Of a DNA stretch of 64,000 nucleotides, positions 45,896 through 55,603 are shown piece by piece. Below the pieces are notes generated by a model. The model did not search any database. It worked only from the letters and a program-made list of their open reading frames with translations, and was not told the origin of the DNA. Within the stretch, counting starts at the first letter, position 1. Each line of letters starts with the position of its first letter. Source of the stretch: Clostridia bacterium (GTDB taxonomy: Bacteria > Bacillota > Clostridia > TANB77 > CAG-465); contig JAZUNZ010000048.1 of assembly GCA_045604405.1 (NCBI GenBank), positions 25,939 to 89,938 of the forward strand, read 5' to 3'. The position numbers and the translations under genes are program-made.

Positions 45896-46199
45896 GTGTG
45901 TAAAGTACATGTTTGTCTAATTATTTATGTTATGACTAGTACTTGTATTTTGATACAAAAAATGTTATTATTTTAAAGAGTTTTATGACTTTGTATTATC
46001 CCATTTTACCTAGTGTTATCTAGTGCTCACGGGGTGTTAAAAAAATAAATTTGTGACTTTTATTCGTTCCTGGGGAAAAAGTTCACTATTAACCAATAGG
46101 GAAAGGTGTTTGGGAACGAACTTGGGAACGAATTTTTCCAAAAAACTGGTTGAAAGTAAACCTTTTTTACTATGGAATTTTACAAAAAAGGAGAGAAAA

Positions 46200-48155
46200 A
46201 TGTTCAAACTTCATTCAAATTTTAAACCAACAGGAGACCAACCAGAAGCAATAAAAACTTTGGTGGAAGGTGTTAAAAGTGGCTTAAATGCTCAAACTTT
46301 GCTAGGTGTCACAGGTAGTGGAAAAACATTTACAATAGCAAACGTTATCAAAGAAGTAAATAAACCAACTATAATTATGTGTCACAATAAGACACTAGCT
46401 GGGCAGTTGTATTCGGAATTCAAGGAGTTCTTCCCTGAAAACGCGGTTGAGTATTTTATATCGTATTATGATTATTTCCAACCGGAAGCATATATTGCTG
46501 CAACTGATACATATATAGAAAAAGATAGTAGCATAAATGATGAGATAGATAGACTTCGTCATTCAGCTACTGCAGCTGTTTTTGAAAGAAAAGACGTAAT
46601 AATAGTTGCATCTGTATCTGCTATATATTCATTGGGTTCTCCAGACGAATATAAAGGACATACTTTGTCTATAAGACCAGGCATGAAGAAAACTCGTGAA
46701 GAGGTCATGGAAAAATTAATAGAAATGCAATATACAAGAAGTGATATAGAATTCTTGCGAGGTACATTTAGAGTTAAAGGAGATATAATAGATGTATACG
46801 AAGTTGGAAACAATGAACATGCACTAAGAATAGAATTTTTTGGAGATGAAATAGAAAAGCTTACATTTATTGAGCCAATAAGTGGTAAAACAATAGCAAG
46901 AATAGATCATGAACTTATATATCCAAAATCTCACTATGTAACATCTAAGGATAAAGTAAATGAAGCCATATATAAAATAAAGAAAGAATTAGATGAAAGA
47001 CTAGCAGAACTAAGGAGTCAAGATAAGATAGTTGAAGCATATCGCTTAGAACAACGTGTTAATTTTGATATCGAAATGTTGCAAGAAACAGGATTTTGTC
47101 AAGGAATAGAAAACTATTCTGTATATATGTCAGATAGAGAACGTGGAAGTACGCCATATTGTCTTTTCGACTTCTTAGGCGATGACTTTTTAACTGTTGT
47201 AGATGAATCGCATGTAACAATTCCTCAAATAGGAGGAATGTATAATGGAGATAGAGCAAGAAAAGAGTCCTTAGTAGAGCACGGATTTAGACTCCCATCA
47301 GCAATGGATAATAGACCTTTAAACTTTAAAGAATGGGAAGCAAGAGTTCCGCAAGTAATATTTGTAAGCGCAACACCAGGAAATTATGAAATAGATAGGT
47401 CTACTAAGGTTGTAGAACAAATTATTCGTCCAACAGGACTTTTAGACCCTAAGATTGTTGTAAAAGAGACTTCAAGTCAAATTGATGATTTAATTTCTAA
47501 TATTAATGAAAGAGTAGAAAAAGGCGAAAGAGTCCTTGTTACTACTTTAACTAAAAAAATGTCTGAGGAGCTTACAAGTTATCTTGAAAATCAAGGAATT
47601 AAAGTAAGATACATGCATTCGGATATAAAAGCACTAGATAGATTAGAAATAATAAGAGATTTAAGACTTGGAAAATTTGATGTATTAGTAGGAATCAACC
47701 TGTTAAGAGAAGGATTAGATATTCCAGAAGTATCTTTAGTAGCTATATTAGATGCAGATAAAGAGGGCTTCTTAAGAAGTGAACGCTCGCTAATACAGAC
47801 AATAGGTAGAGCGGCAAGAAATTCTCAAGGTCAAGTTATAATGTACGCAGACGAATTGACTGATTCTATGGAAAGAGCAATAAAGGAAACAAATAGAAGA
47901 AGAAAGATACAAGAAGCATATAATGAGAAGCACGGAATTGTTCCTAAGAGTATTGTAAAAGATGTTCGCGATAGTATTAAAGCTGTGTTTACCGAAGAAG
48001 AAGCTCCAAAGGTAGAATTAAATCATGAAGAAACATTAGAGGAAACTGTAGAGAGACTTACTGAAGAGATGTTTACATATGCAAGAGCGTATGAATTTGA
48101 AAAGGCGGCGGTGCTACGAGACCTAATAAATGAGCTGAAAAACGCAAATTCTTAA
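46200..48155 (+). CDS. uvrB: Excinuclease ABC subunit B
   Basis: Full-length 651 aa: [10 protein letters not shown] Walker A, DESH, beta-hairpin region, helicase motifs, and the C-terminal UVR domain ([18 protein letters not shown]). The ATG at 46200 with SD aaggagag is used. The 46053 extension of the track ORF is spurious. Confidence 0.95.
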   Translation: MFKLHSNFKPTGDQPEAIKTLVEGVKSGLNAQTLLGVTGSGKTFTIANVIKEVNKPTIIMCHNKTLAGQLYSEFKEFFPENAVEYFISYYDYFQPEAYIAATDTYIEKDSSINDEIDRLRHSATAAVFERKDVIIVASVSAIYSLGSPDEYKGHTLSIRPGMKKTREEVMEKLIEMQYTRSDIEFLRGTFRVKGDIIDVYEVGNNEHALRIEFFGDEIEKLTFIEPISGKTIARIDHELIYPKSHYVTSKDKVNEAIYKIKKELDERLAELRSQDKIVEAYRLEQRVNFDIEMLQETGFCQGIENYSVYMSDRERGSTPYCLFDFLGDDFLTVVDESHVTIPQIGGMYNGDRARKESLVEHGFRLPSAMDNRPLNFKEWEARVPQVIFVSATPGNYEIDRSTKVVEQIIRPTGLLDPKIVVKETSSQIDDLISNINERVEKGERVLVTTLTKKMSEELTSYLENQGIKVRYMHSDIKALDRLEIIRDLRLGKFDVLVGINLLREGLDIPEVSLVAILDADKEGFLRSERSLIQTIGRAARNSQGQVIMYADELTDSMERAIKETNRRRKIQEAYNEKHGIVPKSIVKDVRDSIKAVFTEEEAPKVELNHEETLEETVERLTEEMFTYARAYEFEKAAVLRDLINELKNANS

Positions 48156-48234
48156 CACAAAATTTCCCACGGAATTTACTTGAATTACGTGGGAATATAT
48201 AATATAATTATCTTGTTGAATAAAGGAGATTAAT

Positions 48235-48894
48235 ATGAAGAAAGAAAATGTAGAAGAAAAAATAGAAACAAAAGATAGGGCAGAATTAGTAGAAAAGGGG
48301 AAAAAAGTTAATTTACCCAATATATTAACAATAGTTAGAATAATACTAGTACCTATATTTGTAATACTTATGTTATTACAAGGAACATGGGAATACATGA
48401 AATATATAGCGCTTGGTGTTTTTGTTTTAGCATCAGTTACAGACTATATAGATGGAATAATAGCAAGAAAATACAATCTAATTACTAGATTTGGTAAGCT
48501 AATGGATCCTCTAGCAGATAAAATTCTTGTAGCATCAGGGTTTATAATGCTAACAGGAGCAGGAGTTGTACCTGCATGGTTAACAGTTATTGTAGTTGTT
48601 AGAGACTTTTTACTTAACACTTTAAGAATGTTTGGAACAGAAGCAGGAGAAACAATTGCAGCAGGAGCATCAGGGAAGATAAAAACAGCTTTCCAAATGT
48701 TAACAATTATACTTGGAATGCTAGATACCCAAGGATTATTCCAATTTGTTCAAACTGGTAGAGTAATGGGATTTGGTACATTGTTGTTAAATGTAGGATT
48801 TAGCTTATCACTTGTATTTGCTGCAATATTTACATTGTGGTCTTGTATAGAATATTTTATAAAATACAGAAAATATATAGATATAACTGAATAA
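48235..48894 (+). CDS. pgsA: CDP-diacylglycerol--glycerol-3-phosphate 3-phosphatidyltransferase
   Basis: CDP-alcohol phosphatidyltransferase motif DYIDGIIARKYNLITRFGKLMDPLADK. Confidence 0.9.
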   Translation: MKKENVEEKIETKDRAELVEKGKKVNLPNILTIVRIILVPIFVILMLLQGTWEYMKYIALGVFVLASVTDYIDGIIARKYNLITRFGKLMDPLADKILVASGFIMLTGAGVVPAWLTVIVVVRDFLLNTLRMFGTEAGETIAAGASGKIKTAFQMLTIILGMLDTQGLFQFVQTGRVMGFGTLLLNVGFSLSLVFAAIFTLWSCIEYFIKYRKYIDITE

Positions 48895-48915
48895 TTATAT
48901 AACAAGGGGAAATAT

Positions 48916-50952
48916 ATGAATAATCAACTAAATCTTTTTGGGGATATAGATAATAAGGCGGATGAAGAATTAGAACAAGCTAAAAAAGAAATTGCAGCTT
49001 TAAGAAAAGAAATAAATTATCATTCGGACTTGTATTATAATCAAGATGCTCCAGAAATTTCAGATTATGATTTTGACATGTTAATGAAAAAACTAAAAGC
49101 ATTGGAAGCAAAATTTCCAATGCTTATAACTGTTTCTTCACCAACACAAAGAGTTGGAGGAGAGGCTAAATCTAATTTAGATAAAGTAGAACACATGGTT
49201 CCTATGCAAAGTTTAAATGATGTATTTTCATATAGTGAAGTAGAAGATTTTGTAACTAAGATAACTGAAGAATATGGAGAAAATACTGAATTTGTAGTAG
49301 AAACAAAAATAGATGGACTATCTGTATCTTTGGAATATGAAAATGGGGTATTGAAAAAAGGTTCTACAAGAGGAAATGGTCTTATAGGAGAAGAAATAAC
49401 TAAAAACCTTCTAATGTTAGAAGATATAAAAGAAAAACTTACAACAGATGACACTATAGAGGTAAGAGGCGAAGTTTATTTATCTAGAGAAAATTTTGAA
49501 AAGCTAAATGAGGAACTTGAAAAAGAAAATAAACCATTAATGGCAAATTCTAGAAATGCTGCTGCAGGAACATTAAGACAATTAAATCCAGAGATTGTAA
49601 AAGAAAGAGGTCTTAATATATTTGTTTTTAATGTGCAAAAATCTGAAAGAAAGTTTGTTAAACATAGTGAAACAATAGAATATTTAAGAAATATTGGTGT
49701 TAGTACAATAGCATATTCTAAAGTAGCCGTTGGAGTTAAAGAAGTTTTAGAGCATATAGAGGAAATTGGTAGTATGCGTGACACGCTCCCTTATGATATA
49801 GATGGAGCGGTTGTAAAAATTAATGATTTATCTTTAAGAGAAACATTGGGGACAACAACTAAAGTTCCTAAGTGGGCGGTTGCATATAAATATCCGCCAG
49901 AGGAAAAGGAAACTGTAGTAAAAGATATAACAATACAAGTAGGAAGAACAGGACAGGTTACACCACTTGCTCAAGTAACACCAGTAAGAGTAGCTGGTTC
50001 ATTAATATCTAAATGTACACTACATAATTTTGATTATATCAAAGAAAAAGATATACGAGTTGGCGATACAGTAAAAATAAAAAAAGCAGGGGATGTTATA
50101 CCTGAAATTGCAAGTGTAGTGCTTTCTAAAAGAAAGGTAGACTCAGTAGAATATATTCCACCTGTAAATTGTCCAATATGTGGTGAGGTTTTAGAAAAAG
50201 AGCAAGGCCAGGTAGCATTACGCTGTACAAATGGCGAATGTGAGGCGTTAAAATATAGGTCAATTACACATTTTGCGTCTCGTGATGCAATGAATATAGA
50301 AGGAATGGGAGATGCGGTTGTAGAACAGCTAATAGATGAAGGTCTGTTAAATGACATTTCAGATATATATTACTTAAAATATGAAGACATAAAAGGCTTA
50401 GAAAATTTCGCTCACAGATCGGCTATGAATTTAATAAATGCAATAGAGAAAAGCAAATCCAATCCGTTAGATATGTTAATATTTGGTCTTGGAATAAGAC
50501 ATATTGGAAGAAAAGCGGCAGAAGTATTAGCTAAAAATATAGATTCCATTCATGATTTAGAACATATGATTGTAGAAGATTTAACTAATATAGATGATAT
50601 TGGAGAGAAGATGGCAGAAAGCGTTATAGAATTTTTCTCCAAAGCAAAAACTATGGAAATAATAGAAAGATTAGAAGCAGCCGGAGTAAATACTAAAGGT
50701 ATAAAAGAGGAAAAAATATCTGAAATACTACATGGCATGACTATAGCTATAACAGGTTCGTTTGAAGAAATTTCTAGGAATGATTTATCTAAGATAATAG
50801 AACTAAACGGAGGAAAAACATCTAGTACAGTTTCTAAAAAAACATCTTTTGTTATAGCTGGAGAAAATGCAGGCTCTAAATTAGATAAAGCAAAAACATT
50901 AGGAGTACAAGTTTTAACATATAACGAATTTATGGAAAAATATAATATATAA
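48916..50952 (+). CDS. ligA: NAD-dependent DNA ligase
   Basis: Adenylation motif ETKIDGLS, OB fold, Cys4 zinc finger CPICG..CTNGEC, HhH repeats and a C-terminal BRCT domain. Confidence 0.96.
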   Translation: MNNQLNLFGDIDNKADEELEQAKKEIAALRKEINYHSDLYYNQDAPEISDYDFDMLMKKLKALEAKFPMLITVSSPTQRVGGEAKSNLDKVEHMVPMQSLNDVFSYSEVEDFVTKITEEYGENTEFVVETKIDGLSVSLEYENGVLKKGSTRGNGLIGEEITKNLLMLEDIKEKLTTDDTIEVRGEVYLSRENFEKLNEELEKENKPLMANSRNAAAGTLRQLNPEIVKERGLNIFVFNVQKSERKFVKHSETIEYLRNIGVSTIAYSKVAVGVKEVLEHIEEIGSMRDTLPYDIDGAVVKINDLSLRETLGTTTKVPKWAVAYKYPPEEKETVVKDITIQVGRTGQVTPLAQVTPVRVAGSLISKCTLHNFDYIKEKDIRVGDTVKIKKAGDVIPEIASVVLSKRKVDSVEYIPPVNCPICGEVLEKEQGQVALRCTNGECEALKYRSITHFASRDAMNIEGMGDAVVEQLIDEGLLNDISDIYYLKYEDIKGLENFAHRSAMNLINAIEKSKSNPLDMLIFGLGIRHIGRKAAEVLAKNIDSIHDLEHMIVEDLTNIDDIGEKMAESVIEFFSKAKTMEIIERLEAAGVNTKGIKEEKISEILHGMTIAITGSFEEISRNDLSKIIELNGGKTSSTVSKKTSFVIAGENAGSKLDKAKTLGVQVLTYNEFMEKYNI

Positions 50953-51009
50953 TAAAGGGGCAAGGGAATCTTGCTCTTTTGTTACAATAGTAGTATAATA
51001 TGTGTGCGA

Positions 51010-51084
51010 TGGGGTATCGCCAAGTGGTAAGGCCTCGGACTCTGACCCCGATATGCGTAGGTTCGAATCCTACTACCCCAGCCA
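51010..51084 (+). tRNA. tRNA-Gln (anticodon CUG)
   Basis: tggggtatcgccaagtggtaaggcctcggaCTCTGACcccgatatgcgtaggttcgaatcctactaccccagcca. Clover-leaf with acceptor tggggta/tacccca, T arm gtagg-ttcgaat-cctac, anticodon loop CUCUGAC, and encoded CCA. Confidence 0.88.
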
Positions 51085-51274
51085 CATTGTCTGTAGATGT
51101 ATTATGCATTTACAGATTTTTGTTTATATTATATTTATTAACAAATTTCGACAAGATTTCCCTTTTGAAAGTAGTATATTTGCAAGAAATATTGACATTT
51201 TATACCCTAAAATGATATTATTTAAGAGCAACAAGGAAAGACTTGAAATGTAAAATATTATGTGGGGGAAATAT

Positions 51275-52414
51275 ATGAAAGTATTATTGTTATATGCAAA
51301 AGTAGGAAATGGACATTTAAAAGCTGCAGAAAGTATAAAAGCAGCATTAGAAGCTATAGATAAAGATATAGAAATAGTTTATGAGGACGGGTTAGAGTAT
51401 TCATCAGCATTAACTAATAAACTAATAGTAAAAGGATATACATCACTTGCAAAGCGTTTACCTAAATTTTATGGCGCAATGTATAATAGATCAGACAAAC
51501 AAGATAAAAATACCTTTGGGGAAATAAACAAAATGGTAAATAAAGCGTTAACCATTAGGTTAAAGAAGATGTTAAGAACAGAAAAACCTGATGTTATAAT
51601 TTCTACGCATCCATTCGTATCTCATATGTGTGCTTATTTAAAAAGAAAAGGAAAGACTAAAGCAAAAATAGTAAGTGTACTTACAGACTATGGAATACAC
51701 AACATGTGGCTTGAAGAAAATGAACATGTAGATAAATTTATGGTTGCAACAAGTGAGATGAAAGGTGACTGTGTAAGAGAATATAACGTGCCAGAAGATA
51801 AAATAGTTGTAACAGGAATACCAATATCTACAAGATTCCAAGAAACTTTTGATAAACCAGAGATATTAAAGGAACTAGGTCTAGAACAAGACAAAACAAC
51901 TCTATTGTTTTTTGCTGGTGGAGGATTAGGACTTGGAAAATCTGAAGGTATATTTGAAGAGCTAGTAAATTCTGAGTATGATTTTCAACTTATAGCTGTA
52001 ACAGGCAAAAATGAAAAACAAAAAAAGAAGTTTGAAAAGATTGCTAAAAAGACAGATAAAAAAATAGTGGTAATGGGGTATACAAATAAAGTTCCAGAGC
52101 TTATGAGTGCATCAGACTTTGTTATAACTAAACCAGGGGGACTTACATCAACTGAGTGTTTAGCTATGAAGAAACCTATGATTATAATAAACCCAATACC
52201 AGGACAAGAAGAACAAAATTCAATCTATTTTACAAATAACGGAACAGCATTAAGAACATATAAATATGAACCTATTGAACACGTTCTAGATATAGCTGTA
52301 AATAACAAAACAAGAGTAAAACAAATGGTTGAAATGTGCGGATTAATAGGAAAACCAAATTCTTCAAAAGATATCGCACAAGAAATAATAAAGCTATATA
52401 ATGAGGAAAAATAA
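51275..52414 (+). CDS. Diacylglycerol glycosyltransferase (MGDG-synthase/UgtP-like, GT28)
   Basis: MKVLLLYAKVGNGHLKAAESI N-terminal motif. C-terminal ITKPGGLTSTECLAMKKPMII..GQEEQN. Confidence 0.8.
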   Translation: MKVLLLYAKVGNGHLKAAESIKAALEAIDKDIEIVYEDGLEYSSALTNKLIVKGYTSLAKRLPKFYGAMYNRSDKQDKNTFGEINKMVNKALTIRLKKMLRTEKPDVIISTHPFVSHMCAYLKRKGKTKAKIVSVLTDYGIHNMWLEENEHVDKFMVATSEMKGDCVREYNVPEDKIVVTGIPISTRFQETFDKPEILKELGLEQDKTTLLFFAGGGLGLGKSEGIFEELVNSEYDFQLIAVTGKNEKQKKKFEKIAKKTDKKIVVMGYTNKVPELMSASDFVITKPGGLTSTECLAMKKPMIIINPIPGQEEQNSIYFTNNGTALRTYKYEPIEHVLDIAVNNKTRVKQMVEMCGLIGKPNSSKDIAQEIIKLYNEEK

Positions 52415-53703
52415 TGAAGGTCGCTTTTTTAACTTTAGGTTGTAAAGTGAATAAATACGAAACTGACTTGCTAAAAGAAAAATTCGAAATGGCAGGTCAT
52501 TTTGTCGTAGATTTTGATACCAAGGCAGACATGTATTGCATAAATTCTTGTTCAGTAACCAATATGAGCGACAGAAAAACAAGACAAATGCTGTCAAAGG
52601 CTAGAAAGCAAAACAAAGATGCAATAGTAGCTGTAGTAGGCTGTAGTGCTCAAAGTAGTGAAAATGAACAAGATTTTTTAGAAGCAGATATTATACTTGG
52701 TAATGATGAAAAAATGAATTTGCTTGAAGTAGTACAAGATTTTAAAAAGCAAAAAGGAATTAAGAAAATAGCACTTCAAGATATATCTAAAGTTAAAAGA
52801 TATAAAGAAGTCGGCTCGTTAAACAAAGGTTATGACTTAAGAGAACAAGTAAAAATAGAAGACGGCTGTAATAATTTCTGTTCTTATTGCATAATTCCAT
52901 ATATTCGTGGTAGAGTGAGAAGTAGAGCTTTAGAAGATATAAAAAAAGAGGCAACGACGCTTGTAAAAAACGGAGTAAAGGAAATAGTACTTGTTGGAAT
53001 TGAGGTTGCTTCTTATGGAAAAGATTTAGAAAATACAGATTTATTTGATGTATTAGATGCATTAGATAAAATTTCTGGTCTTGAAAGAATAAGATTAAGC
53101 TCTATGGAACCAAGATTTTTAACACTGGACAATATTAAAAAACTATCAGGTTATAAAAAATTGTGTCCGCATTTTCATATATCTATGCAAAGCGGAAACG
53201 ATGAAGTACTAAAAAGAATGAATAGAAAATATTCAAAACAAGATTTAATAAGAGTATGTAAAGATTTAAGAAGTCATTTTGAAAATCCGTATTTAGCATC
53301 AGATGTTATTGTAGGGTTTCCAAAAGAAACAGAGGAAGAATTTTTAGATACACTAAATACTATAAAACAAATGAAGCTTTGTGAAGTACATGTATTTAAG
53401 TATTCAAAGAGAAAATACACCTTGGCAAGTAAAATGGATGGACAGGTGGATGGAAATACAAAAAAACAAAGAAGTAATGAAGTGCTTAAGTTAAGCAAAA
53501 AACAAAATAGTGAATTTTTAACAGCATATATAGACAGAAAGGTTAAGGTTTTATTTGAAAATTATACAGACGGAATTTTAACAGGATATACACCAAATTA
53601 TATAAAAGTAAAGACGAAGGGAGATAAAAAGTTATGTGGCACAATACAAGACGTGGTCATAACCTCATTAGAAAAAGATATAACACTAGGCGATTTAGAT
53701 TAA
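52414..53703 (+). CDS. mtaB: tRNA (t6A37) methylthiotransferase MtaB (MiaB-like radical SAM)
   Basis: UPF0004 N-domain VAFLTLGCKVNKYE, radical-SAM CxxxCxxC (CNNFCSYC) and a TRAM-like C-terminus. Confidence 0.88.
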   Translation: MKVAFLTLGCKVNKYETDLLKEKFEMAGHFVVDFDTKADMYCINSCSVTNMSDRKTRQMLSKARKQNKDAIVAVVGCSAQSSENEQDFLEADIILGNDEKMNLLEVVQDFKKQKGIKKIALQDISKVKRYKEVGSLNKGYDLREQVKIEDGCNNFCSYCIIPYIRGRVRSRALEDIKKEATTLVKNGVKEIVLVGIEVASYGKDLENTDLFDVLDALDKISGLERIRLSSMEPRFLTLDNIKKLSGYKKLCPHFHISMQSGNDEVLKRMNRKYSKQDLIRVCKDLRSHFENPYLASDVIVGFPKETEEEFLDTLNTIKQMKLCEVHVFKYSKRKYTLASKMDGQVDGNTKKQRSNEVLKLSKKQNSEFLTAYIDRKVKVLFENYTDGILTGYTPNYIKVKTKGDKKLCGTIQDVVITSLEKDITLGDLD

Positions 53704-54881
53704 GCGTAGTAAACGTTTGCATAATAATTGCATCTATATTTGTTACAGGTTTTGCAGGACTTGGAATATATAAACTAGCAGACAATATGAACCTACTAGA
53801 TAGAGCAGATAAAGACATATTAGAAACTAATGCAAGTGTTAACGAAAATAAAAACGAAGATAAAGTTGAAGATAAAACTGAAACAGAAAACAATAATGAC
53901 AGCAACAAAGATGAGATATATGAGGAGGAAAATAATACTCAAGTAGAAGAGAAAACATTTAGCATTGCCTTTCTAGGTGAACTTATGATGGGCGGCGAAA
54001 TAGGAAAAAATTTAAATTACAATTATATGTCTGCATTTAAGAGTATAGCAGAATATACTAGCAAGGCAGACTATACAACTGTAAATTTAGTTACAAATGT
54101 TATAGATTTAGAGAAACTAGACAATACAAAATCTAAATATATAGTAACTAAGAATATAGAGAATGCATTTAGCGCATTAGGAGTAGATGGAGTAAATATA
54201 GCAAGCGATCATATGGTGGACTTTGGTGAAGAAGTGTTTAAAGATACCGTAAGCATATTAAAAGAAGATTATGACTTAATAGGCCTTAAAGATACAATAG
54301 TATATGCAGAACGCGATGGAATAAAGGTTGCAATAATTGGTGTTTGTAATGAGGTTATTGGAACAGAAGGGAAATATACTAGCGCTGGAATAATGATGTA
54401 TAACATGAAGAAGTTACAGTCAATGATAAAAGAGGCTAAGAAAAATGTTAATACTGTAATCATGTTGACTCACCTTGGATTAGAAAATACACATACTGTT
54501 ACAAGCATTATGTCTTGGTTTTATAGAGAACTTGTAGATGCAGGAGCGGATATTGTGTTAGGGTCACATGCTTTAGGACTATATCCTGTAGAGATATATA
54601 AAGGCAAACCTATAATCTACAGCATGAGTAATTTGATGAGTGATACAGATTATTTAAAGGGCAAAGAAACGGGAATATTTACAATTACTTTAGATGAAAA
54701 GGGATATATATATACTTTAGATATATTACCTCTATATGTTAATGCTAAGAAGCAAACGGTTTTATATAGTGATTATAACAGTGAAAGTAGTGGCCTTCTT
54801 GTAAACTATTTAACTCAAAATTTAAATAAAAATTCATATAGTATTTCAGATGGAATAATAAGTATATCTGTAAAAGATTGA
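53634..54881 (+). CDS. CapA/PGA_cap-family metallophosphatase-like membrane protein
   Basis: N-terminal basic segment plus TM VVNVCIIIASIFVTGFAGLGIY. FLGELMMGG, NIASDHMVDFG and LTHLGLEN motifs. The ATG at 53634 overlaps mtaB by 70 nt, so the start is uncertain. Confidence 0.75.
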   Translation: MWHNTRRGHNLIRKRYNTRRFRLSVVNVCIIIASIFVTGFAGLGIYKLADNMNLLDRADKDILETNASVNENKNEDKVEDKTETENNNDSNKDEIYEEENNTQVEEKTFSIAFLGELMMGGEIGKNLNYNYMSAFKSIAEYTSKADYTTVNLVTNVIDLEKLDNTKSKYIVTKNIENAFSALGVDGVNIASDHMVDFGEEVFKDTVSILKEDYDLIGLKDTIVYAERDGIKVAIIGVCNEVIGTEGKYTSAGIMMYNMKKLQSMIKEAKKNVNTVIMLTHLGLENTHTVTSIMSWFYRELVDAGADIVLGSHALGLYPVEIYKGKPIIYSMSNLMSDTDYLKGKETGIFTITLDEKGYIYTLDILPLYVNAKKQTVLYSDYNSESSGLLVNYLTQNLNKNSYSISDGIISISVKD

Positions 54882-54906
54882 CATAAAACTCAAAAGATGC
54901 TATAAT
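54878..54906 (+). promoter_or_regulatory. Perfect consensus sigma-A promoter of the first Spo0A_C-like gene
   Basis: TTGACA-17 nt-TATAAT. The -35 overlaps the capA-like stop codon. Confidence 0.75.
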
Positions 54907-54963
54907 ATTAGTGATGTTTAAAATACATTAATATTTAAAAAAATTTTTAAAGGAGTACTAATT

Positions 54964-55437
54964 ATGAAAAAGTTGGCATGCGTTGTATTTGAGCTAGAAG
55001 AAGGTGAGAGTGTAGAAGAATTTATGCTCAAACTCGAATCACTTGGTGACAACGAAAAGGTAAATCCCCGGATGGTAAATACTTTTGATGAGGGCGTGAC
55101 ATGGCGGAATAAACTAAAACAGATTTTAAACAATCTGGGCATTACAAAGACTTCAAAAGGCTATAGTATGCTTTTCTATATGATGGAAGAGATAGAAAAT
55201 GATCCGTCTCAAAGAGAACACATTTATCTTAAATCGCTATATGCAGGTGTAATGGAAAAGACAGGAGCAACTTATATACGCATAGAAAGAAGAATAAGAA
55301 CGGTTATAGATAAAATCTATACTCACAACGCAAGAGAATATGCTAACAATGTGTTAAATATTCCTGATGAGTACAATGCAGAAATAACAACTTCCTATTT
55401 TATTTCAGTATTGGCTAATCTCTTATTTGACAACTAA
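54964..55437 (+). CDS. Orphan Spo0A C-terminal (effector/DNA-binding) domain protein, no receiver domain
   Basis: The C-terminal ~105 aa (LGITKTSKGYSMLFYMMEEI..LYAGVMEKTGATYIRIERRIRTVIDKIY..ITTSYFISVLANLL) parallel the remembered Spo0A segment [57 protein letters not shown]. Confidence 0.7.
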   Translation: MKKLACVVFELEEGESVEEFMLKLESLGDNEKVNPRMVNTFDEGVTWRNKLKQILNNLGITKTSKGYSMLFYMMEEIENDPSQREHIYLKSLYAGVMEKTGATYIRIERRIRTVIDKIYTHNAREYANNVLNIPDEYNAEITTSYFISVLANLLFDN

Positions 55438-55516
55438 ACATTTAAACGGTTATACTAAAATATAACCGTTTATTTATGTATTTCATAGACAAATAAAGAG
55501 AAAACCTTAAGAAGGA

Positions 55517-55545
55517 TTGACATAAAAAAGAATAACGGGTATAAT
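55517..55545 (+). promoter_or_regulatory. Perfect consensus sigma-A promoter of the second Spo0A_C-like gene
   Basis: TTGACATAAAA..-17 nt-TATAAT. The -35 context is the same as at 54878. Confidence 0.75.
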
Positions 55546-55603
55546 AATAAGTACGTAGTAGTCGTAAATATTAAAAATAATTTTTTAAAGGAGAATGAAC
55601 ATA

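Larger units (their letters stand above)
43759..46469. mobile_element. ~2.7 kb insertion in uvrB carrying a replacement uvrB 5' end, a KilA-N gene and a membrane-protein gene; no recombinase
   Basis: The uvrB 5' regions are duplicated (43489-43758 and 46200-46469). They share a 32-bp perfectly identical block ttccctgaaaacgcggttgagtattttatatc at 43720-43751 and 46431-46462. The rest is only roughly 75-80% identical by eye. Confidence 0.7.

Noticed and set aside
46053-46199. 49-codon N-terminal extension of uvrB in the ORF track
   Set aside because: The extension has no SD and no similarity to UvrB. The ATG at 46200 has an SD and aligns with the N-terminus of the duplicated copy.
43371-46199. 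A LexA (Cheo-type GAAC-N4-GTTC) box upstream of either uvrB 5' copy
   Set aside because: No GAAC-N4-GTTC palindrome was found. gggaacgaacttgggaacgaat contains direct GAAC repeats, not inverted ones. The 44141-44165 palindrome has the half-sites in the opposite order (GTTC..GAAC) with a 7-nt gap.
51000-51253. Two small ORFs overlapping the tRNA-Gln gene
   Set aside because: They are explained by the tRNA and its terminator, and there are no translation signals.
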